A stretch of DNA of 64,000 nt from Chrysomallon squamiferum (taxonomy: Eukaryota > Animalia > Mollusca): the NCBI GenBank assembly GCA_012295275.1, contig CM022667.1, forward strand, positions 7,564,001 to 7,628,000, given 5' to 3'. Below, in pieces: positions 1 through 13,744 of this stretch (its first letter is position 1; each line of letters starts with the position of its first letter). The notes under the pieces are model-generated. The model was not told where the DNA came from and did no database searches. It worked only from the letters and a program-made list of their open reading frames with translations. The translations under genes were made by a program, and so were the position numbers.

Positions 1-209
1 TCACAAAGAAATCTAAAAATAGTATCTTTACACCTTCAAATGACAGAGAAGTTGAAGCTAGCAGAGAGACAGGTTTAACTGTGTTAATACTGATCTGTGT
101 TAAGTAATGTAATTTACATGCAGTAGTATGTGTAATAGAAAAGTGTGTGTGTGTCTTTTTTTTTTCATCATATAAATTTAAAAAACTTGTGTTTTGATTT
201 CAGGAAAAC

Positions 210-1409
210 ATGGGCTGTACAGATAACTCCAGTATGAACAGCTCTGCTTTGTTGAAATCTACTGAAGAAATACGTGCAGACGAAATTCATCATTTCTTCA
301 TGTCCATAGCAACACCAATTGTTTGTTCCTTTGGTGTCCTTGGCAACATTCTCAACCTGGTCGTTCTAACTCTGGAAAAATATAAACGCACACTCACCAA
401 AATGGAGTTATCTGCCCATATGGGTCTGATTGCTCTAGCCTTCTCAGACCTGATGTTTTGTTCTTTAGCCCTGCTCTTCACACTTCTGCCTTTGAAAGGT
501 ATTTACAGAACAGATGACTACATTATTTACTATGACTGGCTGGGCAGTGGTTTTATAACAATTTTCATAGTGACGAGTACGTGGCTCATTGTTGTGATGG
601 CTGGTGAGCGCTACATGGCCGTCTGTCACCCCTTCAAAGCGAGGAAGTTGATTTCTCTTCGAAAGACTCGAATCAGTATAACTCTGATATTCATTCTGTG
701 TGCTTTGTGTACTGTTCCTATATTCCTCGAAAACGAGATAGTTGAATGTGAAAATTCGTCATTCCTAAAAATTAACACAACGTTTACGGAGGATGTAGTT
801 GCAGCTCGACGTCTTGCGTGGTCTGTGGTTTTCGACTTCATACCCTGCGCTGCTCTCATCTACTTCAACATCATTCTCATACAAAAAATCCGCAAAGCAA
901 AGAAGCTGAGACAAAACATGGCCCCGCTGAGACGAGAGAACATGCTGAACGTGCGAGCGGGCAAACGAAACGGATCTGCCAAGTTCGCACTAAACATCCA
1001 CAGCCCCTCCAGGTCGTCAAGTCTCTCACACTCAAACGTCAACGGACGACTCACTGTCCAGCTGACTCGACGACGGTCAGCAGACAGTGCTCTCAACTCT
1101 GTCACTGCCACACTGGTTGCCGTGGTGCTCTTGTTCCTCATTCTGGTGTCGCCTAGTGAACTTCTCAAGTTTGTTCTGACTATCTCTTCAGTTGATGAGT
1201 ACAAACAGAAAATTGTCAAGTCAGTGACAAACTTCATGCAGGCACTGAACTTCTCGACAAACTTCGTCTTGTACTGTGCTATAAACAAGTCATTTCGAGA
1301 GACGCTGACCAAACTCATGTGTCTATGGTGGATAGCTCTTTTACCAAAGAAGAAAAGAAAACGTTCATCGGATTCAGTGACAAGTGATGAACGCAATAAG
1401 ATGATATGA
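210..1409 (+). CDS. Rhodopsin-class (family A) 7TM GPCR, FMRFamide/sex-peptide-receptor-like group; single coding exon, 399 aa
   Basis: Seven hydrophobic segments with class A motifs: TM1 GVLGNILNLVVL, TM2 LIALAFSD, TM3 ERYMAVCHP (DRY variant), TM5 FIP..L.YFN, TM6 LFLILVSP, TM7 NFSTNFVLYC (NPxxY variant). A splice acceptor TTTCAG ends at 203, 6 nt before the ATG, implying a 5'UTR intron and a promoter left of the window. Confidence 0.92.
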   Translation: MGCTDNSSMNSSALLKSTEEIRADEIHHFFMSIATPIVCSFGVLGNILNLVVLTLEKYKRTLTKMELSAHMGLIALAFSDLMFCSLALLFTLLPLKGIYRTDDYIIYYDWLGSGFITIFIVTSTWLIVVMAGERYMAVCHPFKARKLISLRKTRISITLIFILCALCTVPIFLENEIVECENSSFLKINTTFTEDVVAARRLAWSVVFDFIPCAALIYFNIILIQKIRKAKKLRQNMAPLRRENMLNVRAGKRNGSAKFALNIHSPSRSSSLSHSNVNGRLTVQLTRRRSADSALNSVTATLVAVVLLFLILVSPSELLKFVLTISSVDEYKQKIVKSVTNFMQALNFSTNFVLYCAINKSFRETLTKLMCLWWIALLPKKKRKRSSDSVTSDERNKMI

Positions 1410-1843
1410 AATTAACATGTTTTGTGTGTACATAGTCAAATTTATTGTTTGTTCAGTTAGGGTAAAAAGAAGAGAAAAAAAAAAGGGAACAAAAAATAAG
1501 AAGAAGAAGAAAAAGAAGAGAAAAAAGACAAGAAGAAAGACAAAATTAAAAATATAATTATGTAATAGCTTGAAGATGGAGCAGATTAATGTTCAAATAT
1601 CATTCTTCATCTAAAATATTTCAGAGACAGAATCTTGACACAGAAAAACATGACATAATCATGTACACAAATATATATATGTTCTTTATTAATAAACAAT
1701 GTTTATTTATTTATTTATTGTTACATAAATCAGTGACAGAATGAAGATTGCTTAGCATTAAAAATGTTATTTATTATTAATGTAAAAATGTTAATATCAA
1801 ACCATATATGAGACTTGTTAACATATAGTGCTTTCATTAACTG

Positions 1844-1875
<32 letters not shown>

Positions 1876-4361
1876 TAAAAAAAAAAGAATCAACATAAAA
1901 TTAAACTCAGGCCTTAGAGAATACGACAAATCAACTTAGGGTGCTGAATACATTGGCTGTCTTCAGATAAACAATGAGTACTAACAAAGAAAAGAGTGAA
2001 ATAACAAAATAAATCAAAGTGTTATCTTCTTCCTTTATTTTCAAGTTTAACTCTACTCAGTCTGTGTAGTCAGTCAAGTTTGCGACCACATTTTGAAAAG
2101 CTGAAATAATCAGTCCACATTTGTTGCAACTGTATTCAAATACACAGGAATGATTATATAATCAAATAAACCACAATGATGATTATATAATACAAATACA
2201 CCGTAATGATGCGATGTTTCAAACATACAGTGAATAACATACAGAGTCTGATGAGTATAATCAATAAATCTTTAATTTAATTCTGTTGCAGTTAGGACTA
2301 TCAATGATAAAATATGACAAACAATGAAAAGGACACAAACTTTCAGACAATGACAATGAAATGTAGGATTACACTACAGAAAAAAATGTATTACACATAT
2401 ATAAAAACAAAATTAAAATTAAAATGCAGAGATATGAGTGCAGATTTGTCTGTTATTTCAGTGATCACTTCATCTAGCAAGTTCTGTACCTTTCTTGTCA
2501 TTAGAAGTTATTAGCAATATTCCATCAAGAAAAGGTGCAAGGGTCACAGGAAAGAGATTTGTAAAAATTTTTAATCCCTGACAAATGGGTGACAAGATGA
2601 AAATAAATATGAAGGAGAATGAAATTAGAAAATCAATGAAGTCCACTGGTTATTACAGATTATTTTATGTGACAGATTCTTTAACAGCTCAGAGTTGTTT
2701 AAAATCTGAATTGTTTTACACAAAAGGACAGACCACAGAAGAGAGGTCTCTCAAGAGACAGCAGGCCTGTCATCCTTTACAGCTTACAACGAATTCACCT
2801 GCTATTCATCAGCAACGGCAGCAATATCCACTGTTTATTTTGTCAACTTTGTTTTGTGTAACTGAATATTGTTCAAGGTCCTTGCCACAAAATATCTAAG
2901 TAAAACCCTTTTAATATTTATCTATTGTTTTAAGTAGAAACTGAAAAGAACAGAAGTTACATATTTGATATACGTATACCTGCATGTATTGATAACTTTA
3001 TCAGTAAATATTTAAAAGGAGACATAGTAAAAGTTAAGGTAAGTAAATTATTGATGTGGCAAATGTTGCTGGTCTAAAATGTTTCACAGTCAGCCCACAA
3101 TAAAAATAAATAAACAAACAAACAAAAACAACAAATTAGTAAGTAAGTAAACAAACAAACAAAAACAACAAATTAGTAAGTAAGTAAATAAACAAACAAA
3201 CAGATAATAAAAAAAAAAGCAAAACAAACTGAACAATGTAAAAGGGATATAAAACAACAAATGTAAAGTATTCAGGGTATGTTTGAGATTCTGTTGACAG
3301 GTTTAAAATAAAATAAATATTTCTTCACTGTGTTTTTAACAAGGTATTCACAATTAACCTGTTACAAGTTTAAAACATCATCAGAGTCCCAGTTATCACC
3401 AGCTGGAAACAGTAAACAGCTGTAAACACAGTAAACAGATTTTCCTATCAGTTGTAATTCCTGTTTCATTCTCCTGCAGAATGAAATGAAGTGCTTCACA
3501 TAAATCTCTCTCAGACAGATCAAATGATCTGAATTACCGGAGTATGAGCTTGTGAAAACACATTCAACAAACATTAAAGTTATTTCTCATCAGTCTTTCA
3601 ACTAATACAATTCTGTTATCAATCACTTGGAACATTACAGTTAATTTGCTGCTGAAATAAATACTTTTCTAAATAGAAGATTAGCAGTGTTTAGAACAGA
3701 CACTCAGAAAAAAACCCAACTTTGAAACATAAAAACAAGGAAGTACAAACACTCCCAACTTTAAAAAAAACAAAACATTCTACCATTGTTTAATATTTTC
3801 CCTAACACATGATTATCAAAATCATGGAATTTATTGTAATTAGTTATTCATTCAAGTAAATTAGGTATGATAAGCTTTAATAACTGTAAAACATTAAAAG
3901 TAATCCACATAATTATCATGCCTCAGAAAATACCAAATTATTTTTCAGGAAGTTATAATATATCCAGTGATGTGTGCAGTTTTTGTCAGCTTTTCATACT
4001 ATTCTTGGAGATTATATTCAATTTTCAAAATGGCTAAATTTTCAGAATATACTAAGGCACATTATTTCATTCTGTCATTTCACCATGGTATAAATTCTCT
4101 CTTCAAACTTCATCTTAATTGTAACTATCATCACACTTATTTCCTACTACTTAATTATTGTGTTGATCAAACAAACACATTAAACTGATAATCATGCCAT
4201 TATTACACTGATATTGATAAAGATTATGTAGTATTTATGCTTTAATAAAATTTCCAAACATGTTCTTTTTTTAGGGGTGGGCAGTGTCTACTATATATTT
4301 CCTCAAGGGGGCTGTTGTTCTACCTTTCAAATCCACTTGGGAGGTACTTGTATCCTACATC

Positions 4362-4511
4362 CTTTTATCCATCCATCGTTCATCATACTAATATAAACTT
4401 TTTATCCATCCATCGTTCATCATACTAATATAAACTTTTTATCCATCCATCGTTCATCATACTAATATAAACTTTTTATACATCCATCGTTCATCATACT
4501 AATATAAACTT
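4362..4511. repeat. 37-bp tandem repeat, ~4 copies
   Basis: Unit CTTTTTATCCATCCATCGTTCATCATACTAATATAAA recurs at ~4362, 4398, 4435, 4472. Confidence 0.9.
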
Positions 4512-7500
4512 GTAAACTGGTATAACCATCTCATCTCAAAAGTCTATTATTAATAATAAACAGTGTTAATTTATATATTATACACTTATTATTTTACTGC
4601 TCATTACATACAGTAAATATGAGCAACATACAGTAAATTATAAACAAAGAACTTTATGCTAAATACTTAATATTTGTATGTATCAGTCTCCAAAAGCAGA
4701 ATCATATATAGTATATTGTGGTATACACCAAAAAAACAAATGCTTATCAATGTACAAAGGCATACAGTAAACCTAATTTCACAGCATCTGTTATCAAATA
4801 CCAAATGTGCAGAGGAAATGAAAACATGCATGAGTAACAGTTTTGTGAGTGCACACATACAGTAGAACTGGTTCAGTGTAAAGTCCTCTTTATTTATTTA
4901 TTGAATTTTAATTCATTTTAAAATCTTTGTTTTGTTTTGGTTATACACAAATTCATTTTAATGTTACTTCATTTGTAATAGTAAAACAGTGTATATGTGT
5001 TTATGTTTGCAGTGTTCAAATGATGACAGAATAGAAATCTGATTTGGATACTACATGATTAGCAGCACGTTACAAACCTTCCCATACACAGCAAAACCAA
5101 TTCCATTGTGTACATTATATCTGTTGTAAGATAATGGCTAGAATGGGAAATTTCTAAATATGAACTGATTCTTTGATCCACTGATTCTCAGAAAATTCTC
5201 AAATTAAAAACACACTTGCCTCCGTCTTTATTTTACAAGTGAGCAAGAATGTGTATGTATGATATGTTTGAATTATTAAACTAAATCTGTTTTAATGCCA
5301 TCAATTCAACTACAAATAAATGATTACTGAATAAATAAGGCTAATAATGTATTACATAAGTTTAAATAATGTCTATTTTTGTAGTTTAAAAACAATTTCT
5401 ATTTTAGTACTGCACAAATCAGCACCAACACACTATACATTTTTGAACAATGTAAAATCAGGCACCAACACATGATACAAATGGTTGTTTTTATTTACAA
5501 ATGTGTGACAAAAGAAACTGAATCAATGTTATTCTGAAGACACAAGAAGTGTTCTGTTAAGACAAATTAAGGTAATATCTTCATTTCCACTGCAATCTAT
5601 CTTTGTTACATTAAAACAGTTCAGTTTGAGCCAAGTGCTGGCTTCCAGCACTCTCATTTGTTATTTAAATGCTTATGTGTTAAACATTAACACTGTATTT
5701 ACAACTCAAAATACTAGCTTTACATTTAAATTAGTTTTGAAAAAAAGTTCTAGCATTTACAAATGTTTTGTTTTTGTGAAAAGTTGTGAGGAAAGAAAGA
5801 AAGAAAAAAAGAAGATTAAAAAGGCAAGTGGATAAAGATAAAGAATCTTTGTCTAGTTAAATTGTTAGTATTAACTGCTGTTATAAAATTTAGAAAATAA
5901 TGTCTGACTGAAGAAATTAACACCCATTTAAAATTCAAACATTTATACAAATGAATATTCCAAAATACAGGACAGTACAGACCTCTGAGTTTGATACACC
6001 AGTCATCAGAAATTGGTTAGAACTGGTAAAAAACATATCAGAAACAAAGAAAAATTGATCCACTTAAACTATCTATAATACACATCTAGTTTATTATTAT
6101 TAATATTACTTGAATTATTTTGTCCATCTTCTCTTGATTTAACCTGAAAATCAGGTCCATATTACACTCTGATGGAGAATCAAGCCAAGAGACATTTAAA
6201 AAAAAGAAAGAAAAAAAGAGAGAGATTCAGGAAGCAGTTATTTAAGAAAATGTCTCTGATGGGGTTTTTTCTTCTCAAAATGACTGTACAACAAAAAAGA
6301 ATGTAATTATGTTTTGGCTTTGAACGTGATCCTGTTAAATCAACCCTTACTGTGTGATAGTTTGACAACACGAAGAGAAAATTATCTATAAAACACTAAT
6401 TACATTTTGATATGAATACCAACACACCATGAAATCACAACTATGATTATTTAAAATGATTATCATAATTAATTTATAATACAAAAATAGATTAATAGAT
6501 TATTTCTGCACTTTATTTTTCATAAACTTTTAATTAAGTGAAAAAAGAAAAAGAAAAGAAAGTAATATTTCCCAGATAAAGAGAGATTATTAAAGTGAAA
6601 TGAAGTGGTAGAAAGTTTAATGAATTTTTAAATCTGTCACTGACATATCACAGTAATGTGTGCTTGATGTTATATTGAAAAAACTAAACAAACTATTATA
6701 CTGGTCACAGCAAATAATGTTCACATTATCTTTTCTTTTCTAAATGTATAAGAAGTACATAACAGTTTCAAAGTTTTGCAGATACCTATGTTTCTTCCTC
6801 TTATTATTATTATTGCCCTATTACTGTTATTATTATACTACAATTATTATTATTATTATTACTGTTATTATACCATTATTTATTTATTATTATGATTATG
6901 ATTATCATCATCATTATATTATTATTATTATTATTATTATTATTACATTATGTCAGATATACTATTAGTATTAAATTGTTATTAGCATTATTATTATGAT
7001 TATTACTGTTAGTATAACTGTTATTATTACTTACTTATTATTATTATTACTATTATTATTTTATCATTATCATCTTCATCATTATCATCATTAAATAATA
7101 TTACCTCCAAAATAATATAATCATGGGACACAAATCTAGAGATAAAATTTCAGTGAACTACAACTGGTTTTTTAGAATGTGCATTTAAAAGTATTTATCT
7201 GTGTTTTTATATAAACCTCATACATCATTAAGCTGTCTCTTCTTTTCATGAAATCAGTTTAATTTCAAAACAACAAAAAGTACTAACTGCTAAGAGAGCC
7301 AAAATAATCATTCCTTTCTGACAACTATTAGTTTGTATGGAGATGTTTTTCATTTATTTTTTTGACAGAAATGTTTCCATGTGGATCCTGTATTAAGAAC
7401 CTTTGATGGATGACAAAAGTCATAAGATAATGAAAATTTGAAAATCTAAATTTTTTCCATTGTTATCATTATTATTGCTATTATTATTATAGTTGTTTTA

Positions 7501-9272
7501 AAAGGAAACTAATTATAAAAAGAAGGTAAACAATATAAAACAGAGAGGAGAAAAACAAAATAAGCACAAAAAATATTTTCATAAAACAAAGCTAAAGATG
7601 ACATTTAAAACAGAAATATAGCAGGCATTTTTATTTTCTACTTTAATTTAAACTGATTAATGATTTTTTGGATAAACAGCCTTATTTTTAGATTTAAAAA
7701 TAATATTGAAAGCTGACGTAAATGTTGACATTAAATATATCCAATCAATAATTAACATAAGTTCTTTGATTTGAGAAGAAATATAAAGTTTCTTGTTTGA
7801 ATTATTTAGTGATGAGAAGGTCATCCACCCTCAGACATAGAAGATGGAGGACAAATGAAGAAGGAGGGCAGATGGTGTGAAAGAACAAAATGGGATGTAA
7901 TGGTTTCTTGCTCCACTGAGTAATCTATTAAAAAAGAAGAGAAAGACACAGTCAGCAGACGTCTCTGACTAAATACTGGAGAGATCACTAGGGAATTATT
8001 AGTTAGAACGAGTGAGAGTGATCGAGTAAGTTGATGAGAGTGACAGAAAGAAAGAGAAGATAAAGAGAAAAAGAGAGAGAGAGATAAAGAAAAATATAAT
8101 GAAAAAGAGTTAGTGAAGAGGGACAAAATTAGGAAACAGAAAGAAATTGAGGACAGTGATGAGGGAGTGAGTGTTAAAACTGAAACATTTCTCTAACACA
8201 TCCCTACCATCTTAATACAATTTTTAAATATTTCATGATCAGTTAAACAAAACAAGATGATGTGTTGCTGCTGATTTCTGAAACAGAATGTCACCGAGGA
8301 CTCTTTCTCTGGTTTGAATAAAGAACGATACACATATACTAACATATTAAAATCTGTCTCATACTAACATTATAAAATCACTATTAATATAAAAATGTAG
8401 TTAAACCAGTACTTTTTTTTATTTTTATTTAATAAATAAAATGGTAGATTCACTGAGCATGACACTAAAAGTGTGATATGGAATATACTGGTGCAATGAA
8501 ATTTTGCAGAAACCAAAATACATAAATAAAATGAAATGAAATGAAATGAAATGAAAAAATAAAATAAAATAAACTGAAACAAACTGAAATGAAACAAACT
8601 GAACTAAACTAAACTGAACTAAAATAAACTGAAATAAAAGAAAAGAAAGATAAATAATTTACTAACACAAGGTATTCAAACTATTCAGAAATGCTATTTT
8701 TATATTAAACATTTATAGCTGAAAAGAGAACAGTTAGTAATCCTACTCAACAACACTAGTTTTACAATGGCCATGTGACATTTCAGTTTTCTAAAAAAAA
8801 AAAGGCCAGCCTAATTAAATGTTTGTTTCGAAAATTAAAAATTACAGTATTTCAGCTCAGTGTTGCCATGCTGTTTTAGATCTGAATTCTTCAGAGGTTT
8901 CCAAAATTTGGTTGATGGCTGTTTTCTTATCAAATTTTAGAATTCAGCTCAATGTGGTAACATCCTAGTATTTTGTTAGAAAAATATTTTTAAAAATGTT
9001 CAGGACTTTTCTCAAACATAAACATAAGGATTAAATGTAAATAAACATCACAACTGGCATTAAGAAACCCAAGACAAAATTTATTTTGAAACAGGAAGTA
9101 CAAAATTGACTGCTGGATGGTAAATCTGTTGTGAAAGAGAGATATGTTGAAATGGATTTAAAAATAGTTTTAATAAGTAAACAAAAACAAAAATAAACAC
9201 AAAAAAAACCCACAAACATTTAGCTGATCTACCTACCTACCTACCTACCTACCTACCTACCTACCTACCTAC

Positions 9273-9308
<36 letters not shown>

Positions 9309-10207
9309 ATATATATATATATAATCTAGTTAAATTTTAATGTTAAAAATGTAACAGACAGCATTGTGGTCAGAACATAGCAGTCAACATATAGCTTTAG
9401 TCTTACAGTTTTACGTGACACTTACTGTTTGCTTTCTAACTGTCAAACTGTTGTACAAGATTCTGTGTGCCCTCCAAAGGGTGTCACGAAAGTGTAAAGA
9501 CTGGAAATCCAAGCACTAAAGTAACCAAGTGGCAGGGACAAAGGAGATAAATATAATTCTTCAATGCAAAGATAATGAGGTGAAGACCAGCAGAAGTGAA
9601 ATTATTTTACAGTAAATGTGAGTTACAAGAACATCTTCTGTTATGTCATATATTCCATTATATATAACTGATATTACCTGTGCAAAGAAATTATTACTGA
9701 AAATTGATGAGCCTCAGACTACAGTAGACAGAGATCAAAGTTTTATTTTATCAGCTTTCTGTGTAATTATTAAAGTCAGCAATTCATCATTGAAGTAAAA
9801 AAAAAAATTTTAAAATGTTGATTAAGACATCTTAACCTCAATTATGCTTTATGAAATGACTTATGTCAGATCAAAGTCAAATGAATTACAAAACAGCTAA
9901 CATTTTGCTATGAATGAGCATACTAAAGATGATAACAAGAGTGGACAGTAATACACAACCCTGAACACTGTTTTTGATGAAACAGAACTGGACAGGTCGA
10001 GTGATGTGGCTGGCTAAGAACATGGAAGCTTGTTGATGATGACTGTCAGAAATAAAACTTTTACTGGACGTGTTTCACTCAGTCTGGTTCTAAATTTTGT
10101 GAGTATCAGTTATATTAATTCATGAAATATCTTCAACAGAATAATACTGTAAACAAATAATCATTTAAAAGCCTCAGTGAACTTGTATTTAATATAGACA
10201 GACAGAC

Positions 10208-10247
<40 letters not shown>

Positions 10248-10814
10248 TGATTGATAAAAAGACAGACAGATACAAGTTTTGTGTGTCAGCTATAAAAACT
10301 GATGAACTTATTTTTTCCAGTAATTAGATACTGATGACAATCATTGGTGAAGTTATTCCTCTGTTCTATTTGTAAATGTGTGACACTTTTTCATTGTTTA
10401 TAACAGAAAAGAAAAAGCAGACAGACTAAGAATAATGTTGGGTAAAATCTGTGAAAAAAACTTAAAACCAGAGAGAATGATTAAAAGACAGACACAGCTA
10501 GACAGTCAGACTGATAGACACACAGACAGGGAGGTCTACAGTTTCAAAATAATATGTGAAGTAGAGAAAGAATGAAAGAGAAAAAGATACATTAGAATGA
10601 ATGATAGAAAAGGACAAAATGACATATGAAATAGAAATAAAGAATTAGAATGAATGAAAGAAAAAGGACAGAATAATATTTGAAATAGAATGATTATTAG
10701 AAAGAATGAAAAAAAATGATATGTGAAACACAGAGAAAGAAAGATAATTAGAAAGAAGATGAGTTATTACAATTATTAATATATTCACTTCACAGCTGTC
10801 AGTCAGGCCTGTCA

Positions 10815-10861
<47 letters not shown>

Positions 10862-11142
10862 GCGCGCTTCAGACATTAAACAGAACATTATGTCGTGATA
10901 CTGTGATTATTTTTTTACAAAACAAACAAGTAACAACTGACACATTCAAACTTATGTGTAGCCATGCATGAAAACTTAATTTAATATGCTACATACAACT
11001 CAAACAAGTAACACACACTGGAAAACTGAACAGAATAGAGTCTGGTATTTTCAGTGGAAGCAACAAACAAGATTACTAACTGTGAACTATTCTTCTTTTT
11101 TTTTTTTATGGTTTGATTTGATTTTACTTTTTCTTTTCCTTG

Positions 11143-11175
<33 letters not shown>

Positions 11176-13744
11176 TAGTAATTTCCTGGACTTCAGAATT
11201 TAAATCTAATTTGCAAAACATCTCAAGGATGTTTGCTATTTCTGTAGTGAACCAGACATATCTAATTATGTAAACTGAAACAAATGAGTGACAGGTAGTT
11301 TTAGTATTCACATTTACTAAACATTTTCTCAGAAAATCAATGTTAAAACATTGCAAAACAGAAAAATGATAAGAAAATATCTGTCTGACACTGAGAAACC
11401 TTCACACTTCATATTAACTTACTTAAATATACTTTTTCAATCATTTATTTTCAATCAAAGAAAAGTTTCAATATTGTCTTGAAATATAGTTTTCAGTGCT
11501 GTTTTGAAATAAGAAATGTTTTAAACTGTCAGGAAGAATTCACTGATCTGATTTTATGAAGATTGTGATTAAAAAGAATTGTCAGTAAAATATTACTAAA
11601 ATGCATCATTCTGAGGTCAGACATGGCATATAGTGGTTTCCATGGTAACTAGTAATTAATCTAGTAATTATTTAAATGACAGGTTAATAAACCAGTATGG
11701 ACAAGCAATCAGTAACCTCTGACCTGTCCTCCAGTGATAACCCACTACATCATCATGAACAGCCAACAACAGCTACAGAAAAATTGGATTCTCATCCATT
11801 CACAACTGTCATTTAAAACACAGGAAACTCAAGGGCAATGCAAGACAGTGGTATATAAACATGTTTTGTGATGAAATATTTAAGAAATCTGATATGTTCT
11901 GTTTAAGAATTGAAAAAACTGAATATCTGGAAACTGAAAAAAGCAAAACAAGAAAGCTAGTCAGAATAAACTAATAAAATAATGCATTTAACTAGTTTTA
12001 AATAAATAAATAAGTCAGTTATGTTCTAATGTAGTTCACACAATATTTAAAAGTACTGTAAATTTACCACCCACCAGACAACAATGATTACATTACAAAT
12101 CTTGCATCACCAAGTTCAAATCCCATCACAAGAACACTTTACACAAGATCATCAGTGACAGAGCAGTTGAAACATGTTTGTTGTCTGTTGTTTGAACTGA
12201 CAGTCTCATGAGTTTATTCTTGTCTTTGAGAGGTTCCATGTTCAGATCCTGGATCCTACTTTAATATTGCTATCATTAGTTTAATCTGTTACAAGCTGCA
12301 GCACTTGTTATCAAATCCTAAGACTATAAGTCTAACAGAGTGTGTGCTAAACAGTCAGTAACTGATATGTTTCACATGCTTTCAGTGTAGTTTACTATTT
12401 AAGCTATTAAATACTGGATTCAAATCCAGGCACTTCTTATTTTGTAATTCTTAAAAATAGCTGATAATGTTCAAATCTGAAAACTTTTAAAACTCAAAGT
12501 AACTGAGATTATTACATGTAAATCAACAACATTCTTTGCTTTAACTGTTCAAGCTGTCTCTGGTATAAACCCAAGTGTTACAACTACTCCAAGCCGTACT
12601 AATCTTATAAAACGTACTTATTTAAAACAAACCACATTATTTGTCAGAGTACATTTCAGAGTACATTACAGAGTTCTATGTCATTTATAGAACTATTTCT
12701 GTTGTTATCTATCGTATCTTCTCACTGAAATCATTAACCTTGTTATCTACAGACAGACAGATGCAGTATGTATAGACAGTTTTTGTTACAACAACATTGA
12801 AAATGTTTTATCATTTATGATAACCTTTACTGAACCTGTTTCTTTAATAACAATATTTTGTTGTTGAGGAAACTGGAATAAAATCATTTATCAAATCTAA
12901 ATATAATCAGTAATTTTAGAAAATTATTCATTTACTTAAGTATCACCGTAAGACATTACTTGGTTCAAGAACATTTAAAGTACAGAAAATATCACGATGT
13001 AGCTCATGGTCACTAATATCAGCTAGTTTGATCAATCACAGCTTTGTCTGAGGAAGTGTGTCTAATGTTATCAGTTATCAGGGCACTCAGACTAACTGAC
13101 TGCTGCTTAGAAATATTTCATTGTTGACCTTTCTGCACTGAAACAGTAATGGTTCTGAATATGGCAAATGGCAGAAATGAGGGACTCACTCATACATCAT
13201 TATTAATACTGACTGAAGATTTGACATCAAACAGAGAAAGAAACTTCTCACTGGCGAGTTTGGACCAATCAAAATAAAATATTAATAAATCATAAGATGG
13301 ATCTATGTGGTGGATTGACCTTGCAAAATCTATCTGTTAGATTTACTTGGTGGATCTTGTGTTGTGTAACAGAATAATAAAGAAATTGTGAGTGAACTCA
13401 ATGAGAGGCTGTGACATTAAAGAAAAACAACTTGGTTTTCTTCAAAATTTACCATTATACTGGAATCACTGCAACATGACACTGGTTTTATCCACAATTT
13501 TAACTCTTTGAGCTCTATGTCCAGATTTCCTCACAAAGCCAAAAAATTAAAAACACTCCCAGTTTTATATCTAAACAGTATTGACTACAGTAACACCTAA
13601 GATCACTGTTATTGGCAGGTAGACCAAAAAAATACCATCTGCTGTACAAAGCAATGACTCATGTTTGATTTTCTGGCTTTTATGATAATTTAGAAATGTC
13701 TTGAGTGCAAAGTGTTAAAATTTGGAAGTGATTTGTTTACTTAC

